Shown in pieces: positions 1 through 8,120 of a stretch of DNA of 64,000 bases. Both the position numbers and the translations under genes were made by a program. The stretch's first letter is position 1. Every line of letters begins with the position of its first letter. The notes beneath the pieces are model-generated. The model searched no databases, was not told where the DNA came from, and worked only from the letters and a program-made list of their open reading frames with translations. Location of the stretch: the NCBI GenBank assembly GCA_964525455.1, contig CAZGHP010000002.1, positions 1,362-65,361 on the forward strand. Direction: 5' to 3'. This DNA comes from an uncultured Candidatus Saccharibacteria bacterium. GTDB taxonomy: Bacteria > Patescibacteriota > SICC01.

Positions 1-1
1 C

Positions 2-742
2 GCGATTTCCGGTGATGGCACCCGGGTCCTCGTCAGTGACCGTACCCGGACGGCGGTCTATGACCAAGACGGCACCCATATCGGCACCCTGGCCGGTACG
101 AGCGGACGGTTCGTCGACGGCCGCGTGCTTACGGTGAGCGACGGCCGGATCCGCCTGCAGGCGCCGGACGGCGACGGGGTGGAAACCGCCGCGACCGCGC
201 CTCGGGCATGGGCAACCACGCCGGATAGCCTCTACGTATTGGGACGCGGCAGTACCGACGTGAAAGTGATCCGGCCCGGCCGCCCGGCCGAACGGATATC
301 CGATACGAAGACACTGGTTTCCCTCACCGCAGCGGACTCCGGAGGCGTATTGGCTACGGGCCGCGACGACACGTTCGGGCTGATCCGGAACGGACGCTAC
401 CAAGAGCTCGGCGGGGGTGCCGTGCAGGCTGCGGTGACCCGGGACGGCCGGTTCGTAGCCTACCGCACCGCGGACGAACTCCGGCTGCTCGAACCGGCCT
501 CGGGCAAGGACCGGTTGGTGACCCGCCTGGCCGATCCGCCGAAGTACATCCAGGCCCTTCCCGGGGGGCGCTACCTGCTCTTCCGACGGGGTGACACCCT
601 CCATGCGATCGCCCGAGACGGCAGTAATGACCGTGCGGTCGCCAAGTACGTCGGACGGGAGCCGGTGATCCTCGGGCTCGACGCGATCATCACCACCGAC
701 CGGCGGACAGGACGGCTGATCCGGCTTGACCTGGAATCCTAA
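2..742 (+). CDS. Hypothetical repeat (beta-propeller-like) protein, 5'-truncated by window edge
   Basis: Frame stays open to position 2 with no stop, so the GTG at 125 is not the true start. Repeated D-G-x-R-x-L...DG motifs. Third-position GC bias. Confidence 0.4.
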   Translation, partial: AISGDGTRVLVSDRTRTAVYDQDGTHIGTLAGTSGRFVDGRVLTVSDGRIRLQAPDGDGVETAATAPRAWATTPDSLYVLGRGSTDVKVIRPGRPAERISDTKTLVSLTAADSGGVLATGRDDTFGLIRNGRYQELGGGAVQAAVTRDGRFVAYRTADELRLLEPASGKDRLVTRLADPPKYIQALPGGRYLLFRRGDTLHAIARDGSNDRAVAKYVGREPVILGLDAIITTDRRTGRLIRLDLES

Positions 743-1545
743 CGCACGCCCGGCAGCCGGGCCGGCGTCGTTGCCCCGCTGCCGGGGCTGCTCGCCGTGT
801 CTGGATCCGGGCTGACTTGCCGGGCCCGGACGATCTTCCGACGATAACTGGTACCGACAGGCACGCAGGTGGACAGCGTCACGATCGGGACCGCGGTCGG
901 CTTGAGTACCTCGGTCTGCGTCGGACTCACCTCGAACACATGATGGACCCGGTAGATGTACCGCGTGCCCTCGTGGTAGATCACGATCTCATCACCGTTG
1001 CGAAGCTCCGGCACCAGCGCGAAGATGTTCCGATAATCCGTATTCACCCACCAATAGTAGGAGCTGTGCCCCGTCAGGAAGACGTTGCCCCGCTGTCCCG
1101 GTTCGGCCGTGCCCGGGTATTTCAGTACGCCCTTCAGCAGCGCGTCATTGATCACGGAGTCGGCCGTCGAGGTGGGCCTGACGATCGGCGCGGCCACGCG
1201 GATGCGTGGGATGTACACATAATTGTCACAGATCGCCCGCGGCCGGCCGGCGCCATCGTACGGGATGTTACCCCGGCACGGCACCGCGTTTGCCGGCCCG
1301 CGGCCGCCGTCATCGGGCAGGCTGCCGGAGCGGACCGCCGACGGTAGCGTAGCCGCCGAAACGGTGTCGGGATTGCTCACCATGAACGTCAGGCGCGTCC
1401 AGAGCGCCGGGAAGTTGAAGACGAGGTAGACCGCTAATGCGATCAGGGCCAACGGGAAGATACCCTTGGCAAACCGCCACAGCAACCCGCCGAACGAACG
1501 GCCGGAGGGTGGCGGAGCGGTGACGGTGGTTACGGGCGAATCCAT
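739..1545 (-). CDS. Sortase family transpeptidase
   Basis: N-terminal TM helix, LTGH (His) and VTLSTC (TLxTC catalytic Cys) motifs. ATG at 1545. Confidence 0.75.
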   Translation of the reverse strand: MDSPVTTVTAPPPSGRSFGGLLWRFAKGIFPLALIALAVYLVFNFPALWTRLTFMVSNPDTVSAATLPSAVRSGSLPDDGGRGPANAVPCRGNIPYDGAGRPRAICDNYVYIPRIRVAAPIVRPTSTADSVINDALLKGVLKYPGTAEPGQRGNVFLTGHSSYYWWVNTDYRNIFALVPELRNGDEIVIYHEGTRYIYRVHHVFEVSPTQTEVLKPTAVPIVTLSTCVPVGTSYRRKIVRARQVSPDPDTASSPGSGATTPARLPGVR

Positions 1546-1619
1546 TTATGCCGTAGTGACGCGGCTATGTTAGTTTCGTGCGTCTAACTGTACGCCGCCT
1601 TCCGGTCAGCGGCAAACCA

Positions 1620-1705
1620 GGTGCCGGGGGTGGGATTCGAACCCACAAGCCCTTGCGGGCAACGGATTTTGAGTCCGTCGCGTATGCCAGTTCCGCCACC
1701 CCGGC
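1620..1705 (-). tRNA. tRNA-Leu (anticodon CAA)
   Basis: Reverse complement gives GCCGGGG acceptor pairing CCCCGGC, T-arm GTGGGTTCGAATCCCAC, anticodon loop CTCAAAA and the long variable arm of class II tRNAs. Confidence 0.85.
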
Positions 1706-1797
1706 GCAGCCCCATTGTGCCGGACGGACGGCAGTTACCGCAAAGCGCCGGCGTCCGCAGGCTAGTGGCGCGCGGCTAAGGCCTGTAGACTAGCGGC

Positions 1798-2994
1798 GTG
1801 GATCTCCTCACGATTACGTTCGCCGGCGCATTCCTGGTCACGTTGCTGCTGTTGATCCGATCCCTCCTTCGACAGGCCGGCGCGCAGGACGCCGTCAGGC
1901 AGACGACGGAAGAATCGGCTGACCGGCTCAAGCTATGGGAAGAGTTCGGCCAGCACCTCGACGAAGGGGTCGCGCTGGTCGACCCCGATGAGAACGTCGA
2001 GTACGCCAACCAGGCGTTCGCGGAGATGACAGGGTGGCAGGGACGTTCGTCGTTCCACCAGCCGTTACAGACCGTGCTATCGTTGGACGCCTCCGGCAAG
2101 GCCGTCACGCTGGACGAACGGAAACGCCGGTACGCCGTCGTCTCCCGGGAAGGCGGGGCGACCCCCGTTTACGCCGCGGAGCGCACCCTCACCCGGCCGC
2201 AGGGATACCGGGTCATCGTGCTGGTCGACGCCACCACGGAACAAGCGGAAAAGGAACTGCGGAAACGCCTGGTCAACCTGTCTTCGTTCGAACTGCGGGC
2301 GCCGATCACCGCGATGAAAGGATACGCCGACCTGTTGCTTTCCGGCGACGGTGGGACGCTGCCGAAGGATGCCCAGGGGAAAGTGCAGACGATCCTCGAC
2401 AGCGCCAACAAGCTGCTCCGGATCATCGAGGACATGGCACGGATCGAGACGTTATCCGAGGAGAAGATCGCCGTACGTAAACGGCACGTCAGGGCCGCCG
2501 ACCTGCTCGTGCAGGCGACGGACGCCCTGAGGAACGCGGCCACCGAATCGGGCCGGTCCCTGGCGGTCATCAAACCGGACACGAAGGCCGGGATCGACGC
2601 GGATCCGGAAGAAATCCAGCGGCTCTTGGCGATGATCACCAACACCGCCGCACGGACTGCCAAACCGAAAAGCACGGTCACGGTGCGCATCCGGGAGTCC
2701 GCTCCCGAGGTGGATTTCCGAATCGAGAATGAGGGCACCGCCCTTTCTCCGGAACAGCAACAGAACGTCTTCGATTACGTGGGCGCGCAAGGATTCGAGG
2801 AAGGAATCGGTTATTATATCGCGCAGCAGATCATCGAAGCGCACCACGCCCGTTTCTCGACGACCGGCTCCAAGACCGGTAACGTGTTCACCTTGAGCCT
2901 TCCGAAAGCCGCGCCGGCCAAGGACGGAGCGCCGATGACGGCCGGCGGTAAGGCCGCCGCGCGCGGCGGCAAGAAGATCGACATCTCCAAGTAG
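1798..2994 (+). CDS. Degenerate sensor histidine kinase-like protein (TM + PAS + HisKA-like lacking the phospho-acceptor His)
   Basis: GTG start and N-terminal TM. H-box reads SSFELRAPIT where the canonical form is SHELRTPL (His replaced by Phe). G1/G2 boxes are degenerate (ENEGT, GIGYY). Confidence 0.7.
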   Translation: MDLLTITFAGAFLVTLLLLIRSLLRQAGAQDAVRQTTEESADRLKLWEEFGQHLDEGVALVDPDENVEYANQAFAEMTGWQGRSSFHQPLQTVLSLDASGKAVTLDERKRRYAVVSREGGATPVYAAERTLTRPQGYRVIVLVDATTEQAEKELRKRLVNLSSFELRAPITAMKGYADLLLSGDGGTLPKDAQGKVQTILDSANKLLRIIEDMARIETLSEEKIAVRKRHVRAADLLVQATDALRNAATESGRSLAVIKPDTKAGIDADPEEIQRLLAMITNTAARTAKPKSTVTVRIRESAPEVDFRIENEGTALSPEQQQNVFDYVGAQGFEEGIGYYIAQQIIEAHHARFSTTGSKTGNVFTLSLPKAAPAKDGAPMTAGGKAAARGGKKIDISK

Positions 2995-3011
2995 GCCGGA
3001 GAGCCGGACGG

Positions 3012-4472
3012 TTACGTCCGGCGGGTGGCAATCGGCGGCAGTGGCGCCTCCGCCGCCGGGTCGGCGGCATGACCGAGCGAACACGGCAAGCGGAACCCGA
3101 AGACACTCCCCTTGCCCAGCTTGCTCTCCAGGATGACGTGACCGCGGTGCGCCTCCACGATGCGCTTAGCGACGAACAACCCGAGCCCGGTTCCGGATGC
3201 CAGGACGCTGCGGGCGTTGTCGGCCCGGAAGAACTTGGTGAACATCTTATGTTGATCCTCGGTGGAAATGCCGATGCCGCTGTCGCGGACCTTCAGGACC
3301 ACCTCGTCACCTTCCCTCGCCACCGATACGACCACCTTTCCCTGTTCGGTATATTTGATCGCATTATCCACGAAGTTCACGATGATCTGGCGGATACGCA
3401 GTGCGTCGAGACCGAGCAATCCGATCGGCTGGTCCGGCAATTCCAGCGAAAGGGTCAGTCCTTTCTTCTTGGCCAACGATTCGAATTCACGGGTCACGTC
3501 CCGGGCGACGTCCTCAAGCCGGGCCGGACTCGGGTTCAGCTCCAGGCGCTTGGCATTGATCCGGGAGACCGACAACATGTCGTTCAGGATATTGATGACC
3601 TCGTTGGTGCTTTCCGCGATCTGCTCCACGATCGGCAACTGCCGCGCCGGCAACGTGCCGAAGTCCTTTTCGAGCAGCATCGCAAGGTAGCCGCGGACCG
3701 CGGTGAGCGGGCCACGCAGTTGGTGTGAGGCGATCGAGACGAATTCGTCCTTGGTCTCGTCGGCACGCTTGAGTCCGGCGTTCGCCTGCGTGAGCCGCTG
3801 GTTCATCGCATCGATCTCGGAAAGCAGGTCGGCATTGACCATCGCCACGGCCACGCCATCGGTCATCGCTTGCAGGGTCTGCCGGGCCCGCTCACCGAGC
3901 CGCTCATGCGGCGTGTTCAGGTAGTACGTGACCGCGCCGTAGACGCGGTCGTTGGCCACGACCGGATACACCGCCACGCCATTGATACCCAGCCGTTCCT
4001 GAAGTTTCCCGGCTTGGCGAGGCGAAAGCATCGGCGCCTCGACGTCGTGCAGCTGGTCACTCGTCATCATCTGCCGCTGGTTGATCGCCCTCACCACCAA
4101 TGAGCCACTGCGTTCGAGCTCGATTCCGCTTTGCGTACGATGGGCCAGGAGACTCAGGCCCCGCTTGCCGGGCCGTTTGAGGTCGTCGGATATCGCCAAG
4201 ACCTCCAGCGTGCCGTCGTGCCGGGCCCGTTGGATCGTACCGCCGAGCACGGCGCGGTGGTCGGAGAGGACGTTCGCGATCTCTTGCGCGATGTAGCCGA
4301 TCGAAAGGTTCGCCAGGAGCATCCGGTCGATCTGGCGGATCCGGCCGAGATCACGCCGGACGGATACCTGGCGTTCACGAAGCCGCTGCCCGAGCGAACG
4401 GATGCGCATCACGAGCCCTCCCATGGAGAGGGCGAGGAGCAGCGTGACGAGACTCAGGAGTTGGATAGTCAT
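3012..4472 (-). CDS. Sensor histidine kinase (TM, GAF, HisKA, HATPase_c)
   Basis: H-box SHQLRGPLT, N-box VDNAIKYT, G-boxes DSGIGIS and GTGLGL. N-terminal TM helix. ATG at 4472. Confidence 0.85.
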   Translation of the reverse strand: MTIQLLSLVTLLLALSMGGLVMRIRSLGQRLRERQVSVRRDLGRIRQIDRMLLANLSIGYIAQEIANVLSDHRAVLGGTIQRARHDGTLEVLAISDDLKRPGKRGLSLLAHRTQSGIELERSGSLVVRAINQRQMMTSDQLHDVEAPMLSPRQAGKLQERLGINGVAVYPVVANDRVYGAVTYYLNTPHERLGERARQTLQAMTDGVAVAMVNADLLSEIDAMNQRLTQANAGLKRADETKDEFVSIASHQLRGPLTAVRGYLAMLLEKDFGTLPARQLPIVEQIAESTNEVINILNDMLSVSRINAKRLELNPSPARLEDVARDVTREFESLAKKKGLTLSLELPDQPIGLLGLDALRIRQIIVNFVDNAIKYTEQGKVVVSVAREGDEVVLKVRDSGIGISTEDQHKMFTKFFRADNARSVLASGTGLGLFVAKRIVEAHRGHVILESKLGKGSVFGFRLPCSLGHAADPAAEAPLPPIATRRT

Positions 4473-4539
4473 AATTCAAAAATTGCTTAACCATAACATC
4501 TTTACGTTCGTTTGTCAATACGCGTACCCGCATGGGAGA

Positions 4540-4926
4540 ATGAACCCGATGACACCGAAACAAACGATAGTCCTGATCGAAGACGACTCCGTCCTGGCGG
4601 AGATGTATCTGCAGAAATTCACGCACGAGGGCTACGTGATCAAACACGCGCTCGACGGCGACGAAGGCATCGCCCTGGTGCGGGCGGCCAAGCCCGACCT
4701 GATCCTGCTCGATATCATGATGCCGAAGAAAAGCGGCATTGAGGTACTGGAGGAACTGAAGCAGGATCCCCAGACCAAGGATGTGAAGGTCGTCCTGCTT
4801 TCGAACGTCGGGGACCAGGATTACATCGATCGCGGGTTGGCGCTCGGTGCGGCAGACTACCTGCTCAAATCGAACTTCACCCCCAGCGAGGTGGTCGCCA
4901 AGACCGCATCGCTCCTAGCGGGGTAG
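4540..4926 (+). CDS. Response regulator, receiver (CheY-like) domain only
   Basis: ATG at 4540 preceded by GGGAGAA. DD...D...K receiver motifs (IEDD, LILLDIMMP, LSNV, KS). Divergent from the HK at 4472. Confidence 0.8.
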   Translation: MNPMTPKQTIVLIEDDSVLAEMYLQKFTHEGYVIKHALDGDEGIALVRAAKPDLILLDIMMPKKSGIEVLEELKQDPQTKDVKVVLLSNVGDQDYIDRGLALGAADYLLKSNFTPSEVVAKTASLLAG

Positions 4927-5998
4927 CCGGAGCTCCGCTTCCACGAACTGGTCGAGGTCGCCGTCGAGGACGGCGTCCGGATCGGAACGTTCGACTTTCG
5001 TGCGTACGTCCTTCACTTGCTTATACGGGTGCAGTACGTACGAACGGATCTGGTTTCCCCATGCCGCCGCATCCCCGCTCTCCAGTTTCCTGAGGTCGGC
5101 TTTCTGCTGCGTCTCCGCCAACGCCAGAAGCTTGCCGTACAGGATCTTCATCGCCGCGGCCTTGTTCTGCGCTTGCGAGCGTTCGTTCTGGCATTGGGCG
5201 GTGAGGCCGGTGGGTACGTGGGTGACCCGTACCGCGGAGTCGGTCACGTTGACGTGCTGGCCGCCCGCACCCGAGGCCCGGTAAGTATCCACGCGAAGCT
5301 CTTTCTCGTCGAGCTCGACGGCGCTTTCGGGCAGGTCCGGCAGCGCCTCGACCCGCGCGAACGAAGTCTGCCGGAGACTCTTGGCATTGAACGGCGATTG
5401 CCGCACTAGCCGGTGGACGCCGGATTCGCCACGCAGGTACCCGTACGCCGACGGCCCGTCCACCCGGAACGTCACGCTCTTGATGCCGGCCTCCTCCCCC
5501 GCCGAGCGTTCCTCGATCTCCGTCTTCCAGCCACGCCGTTCCGCGAACCGCAGGTACATCCGTTCCAGCATTTGCGCCCAATCCTGGGCATCGGTCCCCC
5601 CGGCCCCGGCCTGGATCGTCAGGTGGGCCGGCCGGGCATCGTGCTCGCCCGAGAGCAACGCCGCCGATTCGTGTTGCGTGAACGTCCGCTCCAGCTCATC
5701 CAGGTCCGCGGCGATTTCCCGGGTCGTCTTGTCGTCCTGCTTGGAGAGTTCCAACAATTCCCGCAAGTCGCCCAGGTCGTGCTCGAACCGTTGCCAGAAC
5801 CCGACGTGCTCCCCGAGCCGGTTCAGTCGCTGCATCACCGCCCGTGCTTCCTCCTGGTCGTGCCAGATGTCTTCGCGTTCGGATTGCCGTTTGAGATCGG
5901 CTAATTCGGTCTCTTTGCCGGCGAGGTCAAAGAAACTCCTTCACCTGCGCGAAGCGTTCCGCCAGGCTATCGATTCGTTCGTGGAGCTCGTGCTGCAT
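4915..5998 (-). CDS. prfB: Peptide chain release factor 2 with programmed +1 ribosomal frameshift
   Basis: SPF and GGQ motifs in the main frame. Upstream 23 codons (MQHELHERIDSLAERFAQVKEFL) end at CTT TGA C preceded by AAGGAG. The +1 shift continues DLAGKETELADL... into the long ORF. Confidence 0.9.
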
Positions 5999-6032
5999 GC
6001 GTCCAGTATAGCGCCGCTTTCCGTCCCATTTG

Positions 6033-6061
6033 AAAAAGGCTCCCGAGAGGGGAGCCTTTTT
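6033..6061. terminator. Bidirectional intrinsic terminator
   Basis: AAAAAGGCTCCC-GAGA-GGGAGCCTTTTT: GC stem flanked by an A5 run and a T5 run, 25 nt after the stop of the LPXTG gene and upstream of prfB. Confidence 0.65.
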
Positions 6062-6085
6062 CGTTCGCCGGCGGGCAGGGTGGCC

Positions 6086-7792
6086 TTAGCCGTCTACTGA
6101 GTGGGCACGGACCGCTTCCGTAAGCGCGTTCCGTTCCCGTCGATACAGGTAGGCACTGGTCGCCACGGCCATCGTGGCCAGGCCGGCCGCGCCCGAGGCG
6201 CCGGTTACCGGCAGGCTGCCCTTCGGGCCGCCCGGAGGCGTCACCGGAGGGGTCGCTTCCGGAGTCGGCGTCTGGACCGTCGGCGGAGTCGGCGTCGGGG
6301 TCGGCGTCGTGATGCGCCGGTTACCGAAGGAGAATTCCGCGGTCTCACCGGTGGTGATCGTCTTGGTCTGCGGGTTCTGGGTCGTTACCTCGTAACCCTG
6401 CGGGACCGATTCGGTCACGGTGTAGCTACCCTCCTCCAGTTCCGTGAGGACGATCTCGCCGCTCTCGTCGGTCTGGGAGGTGTTGGAGTAGTCGCTCGGA
6501 CCGGTGGTCGTGAAGCTCACGCCCGCCATCCGCGGCTCGCCCTCGTCCTCTTGGCCGTTGCCGTTGAGGTCTTCGAACTTGATGATCCGGAGATCACCGA
6601 TCTGAACCTCGGGGGTCGGCGTCGGGGTCGGAGTAGGCGTCAGCGTGGGAGTCGGGGTGGGCGTCGGAGTCGGAGTAGGCGTCGGGGTCGGGGTCGGAGT
6701 AGGCGTCGGCGTGACGCACTCCAGGTCCGTCTTCACCGAATCGTAGAACTCGGAACCCTTGGTTTGGTCTGACTTCACGAGGGCGAAGTTCTTGAACCAC
6801 CAAGGGCAGTCCGTGATATCTCCGACCGAGACGTTGAAGTAGACCTGGACCCAGGCACCTTGCCCGAAGCTCGTGTAGGAAATTCCTCCGTTCACGAAGT
6901 TATCGGGGCCGGCGCGCAGGTTGGGATCGCTTGAGCTCCGGAGCTGGACGCTCCCGGGCATCAGGCGGACGTTCCGCGGCAGCGCATCGCGGAGGACGAC
7001 GTTGGTCGCAGGAGCGCCACCGACGTTCTTCAGTTCTACGAAGTACTGCATGTTCTGGTTCGGCTTGATCGTGTTGGCCTCGGAGAAGTTGGTCTCTCCA
7101 GCTTTCCGGACCTTCTTGTCGATCGCCAGTTGCGGTCCGGGCTGTCCCTGGGTGATGTCCGCCAGGAAGATGATCCGGAGCGCGTTCTGGAAACACGGTC
7201 CCAGGTTGCCGTTGGCATTCGGCGTGATCGTCAGGACGGAAGCGTTATTCTTCCGTTCGACGTCTACCCGTTCATACGGGATGTTCTCCGGAGCGCTCCA
7301 GTTGAAGGTCGGGTTGTTCGTCTTGGGGACGTTGTTCCGCTGCAACTGGACGTTGCGGAGGCCGGTGATCGTGAACGGCTTGCCGTCCTTCGACTTCAGC
7401 GTCGTGGTGTCGGTAGCCCGGTACGAACCCGGGGAGTGGCCGTTGTCGGCCGAAATGGTCTCAGTGTTGACGGCCTGAGAGCCGTTGGACGCATCCGGAA
7501 TGGTCACCCGGATCTTGAAGTTCTTGGCGGTGTCGCCAGAGTTCGCGTCTTCGGCGTTGTGGACCAGAATTCCGTACTGGACCACGTTGCCGTGTTCGAC
7601 GTTAGTGGTATCGGCGAAGTCCGTCGCGCCGCCGGGACCGCTGATGATCCGGGACGAGAACGTACTGTCGATGATGACGTTACCGGCGGCCTGCGAGGAC
7701 TGGAGCAGCGGAGTGACCGCGAGCGCCAGCAGCATGCCGAAGGCAACGAAGAGCTTTTTGCGCCGGAAGCGCAAGTTGAAGATGTTCTTCAT
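6086..7792 (-). CDS. LPXTG-anchored cell-surface protein with Thr-Pro repeat linkers
   Basis: Signal peptide MKNIFNLRFRRKKLFVAFGMLLALA after an AAGGAG RBS. C-terminal LPVTG, then a hydrophobic stretch and RRER tail. Includes (TP)n linkers. Confidence 0.8.
   Translation of the reverse strand: MKNIFNLRFRRKKLFVAFGMLLALAVTPLLQSSQAAGNVIIDSTFSSRIISGPGGATDFADTTNVEHGNVVQYGILVHNAEDANSGDTAKNFKIRVTIPDASNGSQAVNTETISADNGHSPGSYRATDTTTLKSKDGKPFTITGLRNVQLQRNNVPKTNNPTFNWSAPENIPYERVDVERKNNASVLTITPNANGNLGPCFQNALRIIFLADITQGQPGPQLAIDKKVRKAGETNFSEANTIKPNQNMQYFVELKNVGGAPATNVVLRDALPRNVRLMPGSVQLRSSSDPNLRAGPDNFVNGGISYTSFGQGAWVQVYFNVSVGDITDCPWWFKNFALVKSDQTKGSEFYDSVKTDLECVTPTPTPTPTPTPTPTPTPTPTPTLTPTPTPTPTPEVQIGDLRIIKFEDLNGNGQEDEGEPRMAGVSFTTTGPSDYSNTSQTDESGEIVLTELEEGSYTVTESVPQGYEVTTQNPQTKTITTGETAEFSFGNRRITTPTPTPTPPTVQTPTPEATPPVTPPGGPKGSLPVTGASGAAGLATMAVATSAYLYRRERNALTEAVRAHSVDG
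6611..6716 (-). repeat. Tandem 6-nt coding repeat (ggcgtc/ggggtc/ggagta units) encoding (TP)n
   Basis: About 17 consecutive Thr-Pro dipeptides in the surface protein. A second shorter TP/PT-rich stretch lies near 6215-6300. Confidence 0.7.
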
Positions 7793-7860
7793 GAGCATTC
7801 TCCTTAAGGTTATTAGTGGATCGAGTGAAACTAAGGCGTGTGAACGTGAGTCGTAACGTG

Positions 7861-7897
7861 CCGGGTTGTTAAGTTGCAAACCCGGTCAATCAACCAG
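7861..7897. promoter_or_regulatory. Shared upstream motif, copy 1 (CCGGGTTGTTAA ... CCGGTCAATCAACC)
   Basis: 70-105 nt upstream of the LPXTG gene start. Same 12-mer and the reverse-complemented 14-mer recur at 9528-9554. Confidence 0.3.
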
Positions 7898-8120
7898 CAT
7901 CGATGGAATGGGGAGGGAGCAGTAAATCACGATGAGTGTCGTCTGAGACGAGTATCAGGTAATTTACTGCTCCGCCGGTCCATCATTGCTTTCTTTTTTT
8001 TATCCTTTCCTTGCTTGTTGTAACCCCCGACTGACCCCGACCGGCCGAAACACCTGTGTGAGCATGTCGTGGACCGGTCGGGGTGCAATCTAGGCTCCCG
8101 ACCCAGGAGAATGTGAAACG

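Noticed and set aside
817-1429. Plus-strand ORFs (817-1347, 1223-1429) antisense to the sortase gene
   Set aside because: They lie entirely inside a well-supported minus-strand gene. High GC generates long spurious antisense ORFs. No motifs.
2034-3084. Overlapping ORFs (2034-2480 +, 2169-2738 -, 2452-3084 -) within and antisense to the HK-like gene
   Set aside because: Arg/Gly/Pro-rich composition typical of out-of-frame high-GC translation. The HK-like frame carries domain motifs and TM.
5000-6100. ORFs 5000-5284 +, 5017-5409 +, 5021-5581 -, 5381-6100 +, 5413-5904 + overlapping prfB
   Set aside because: prfB with its frameshift accounts for the region. The alternatives are low-complexity Arg/Pro-rich.
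6611-6716. CRISPR array candidacy of the short tandem DNA repeats (TP-coding repeats; EPEPG-coding repeats at 42660-42730)
   Set aside because: Repeat units are 6-15 nt, contiguous, in-frame and inside ORFs. They are coding low-complexity repeats, not spacer-interrupted repeats. No cas genes were seen in the window.
6101-7856. Plus-strand ORFs antisense to the LPXTG surface-protein gene
   Set aside because: Spurious. They mirror the TP-repeat gene and read Arg/Gly-rich.
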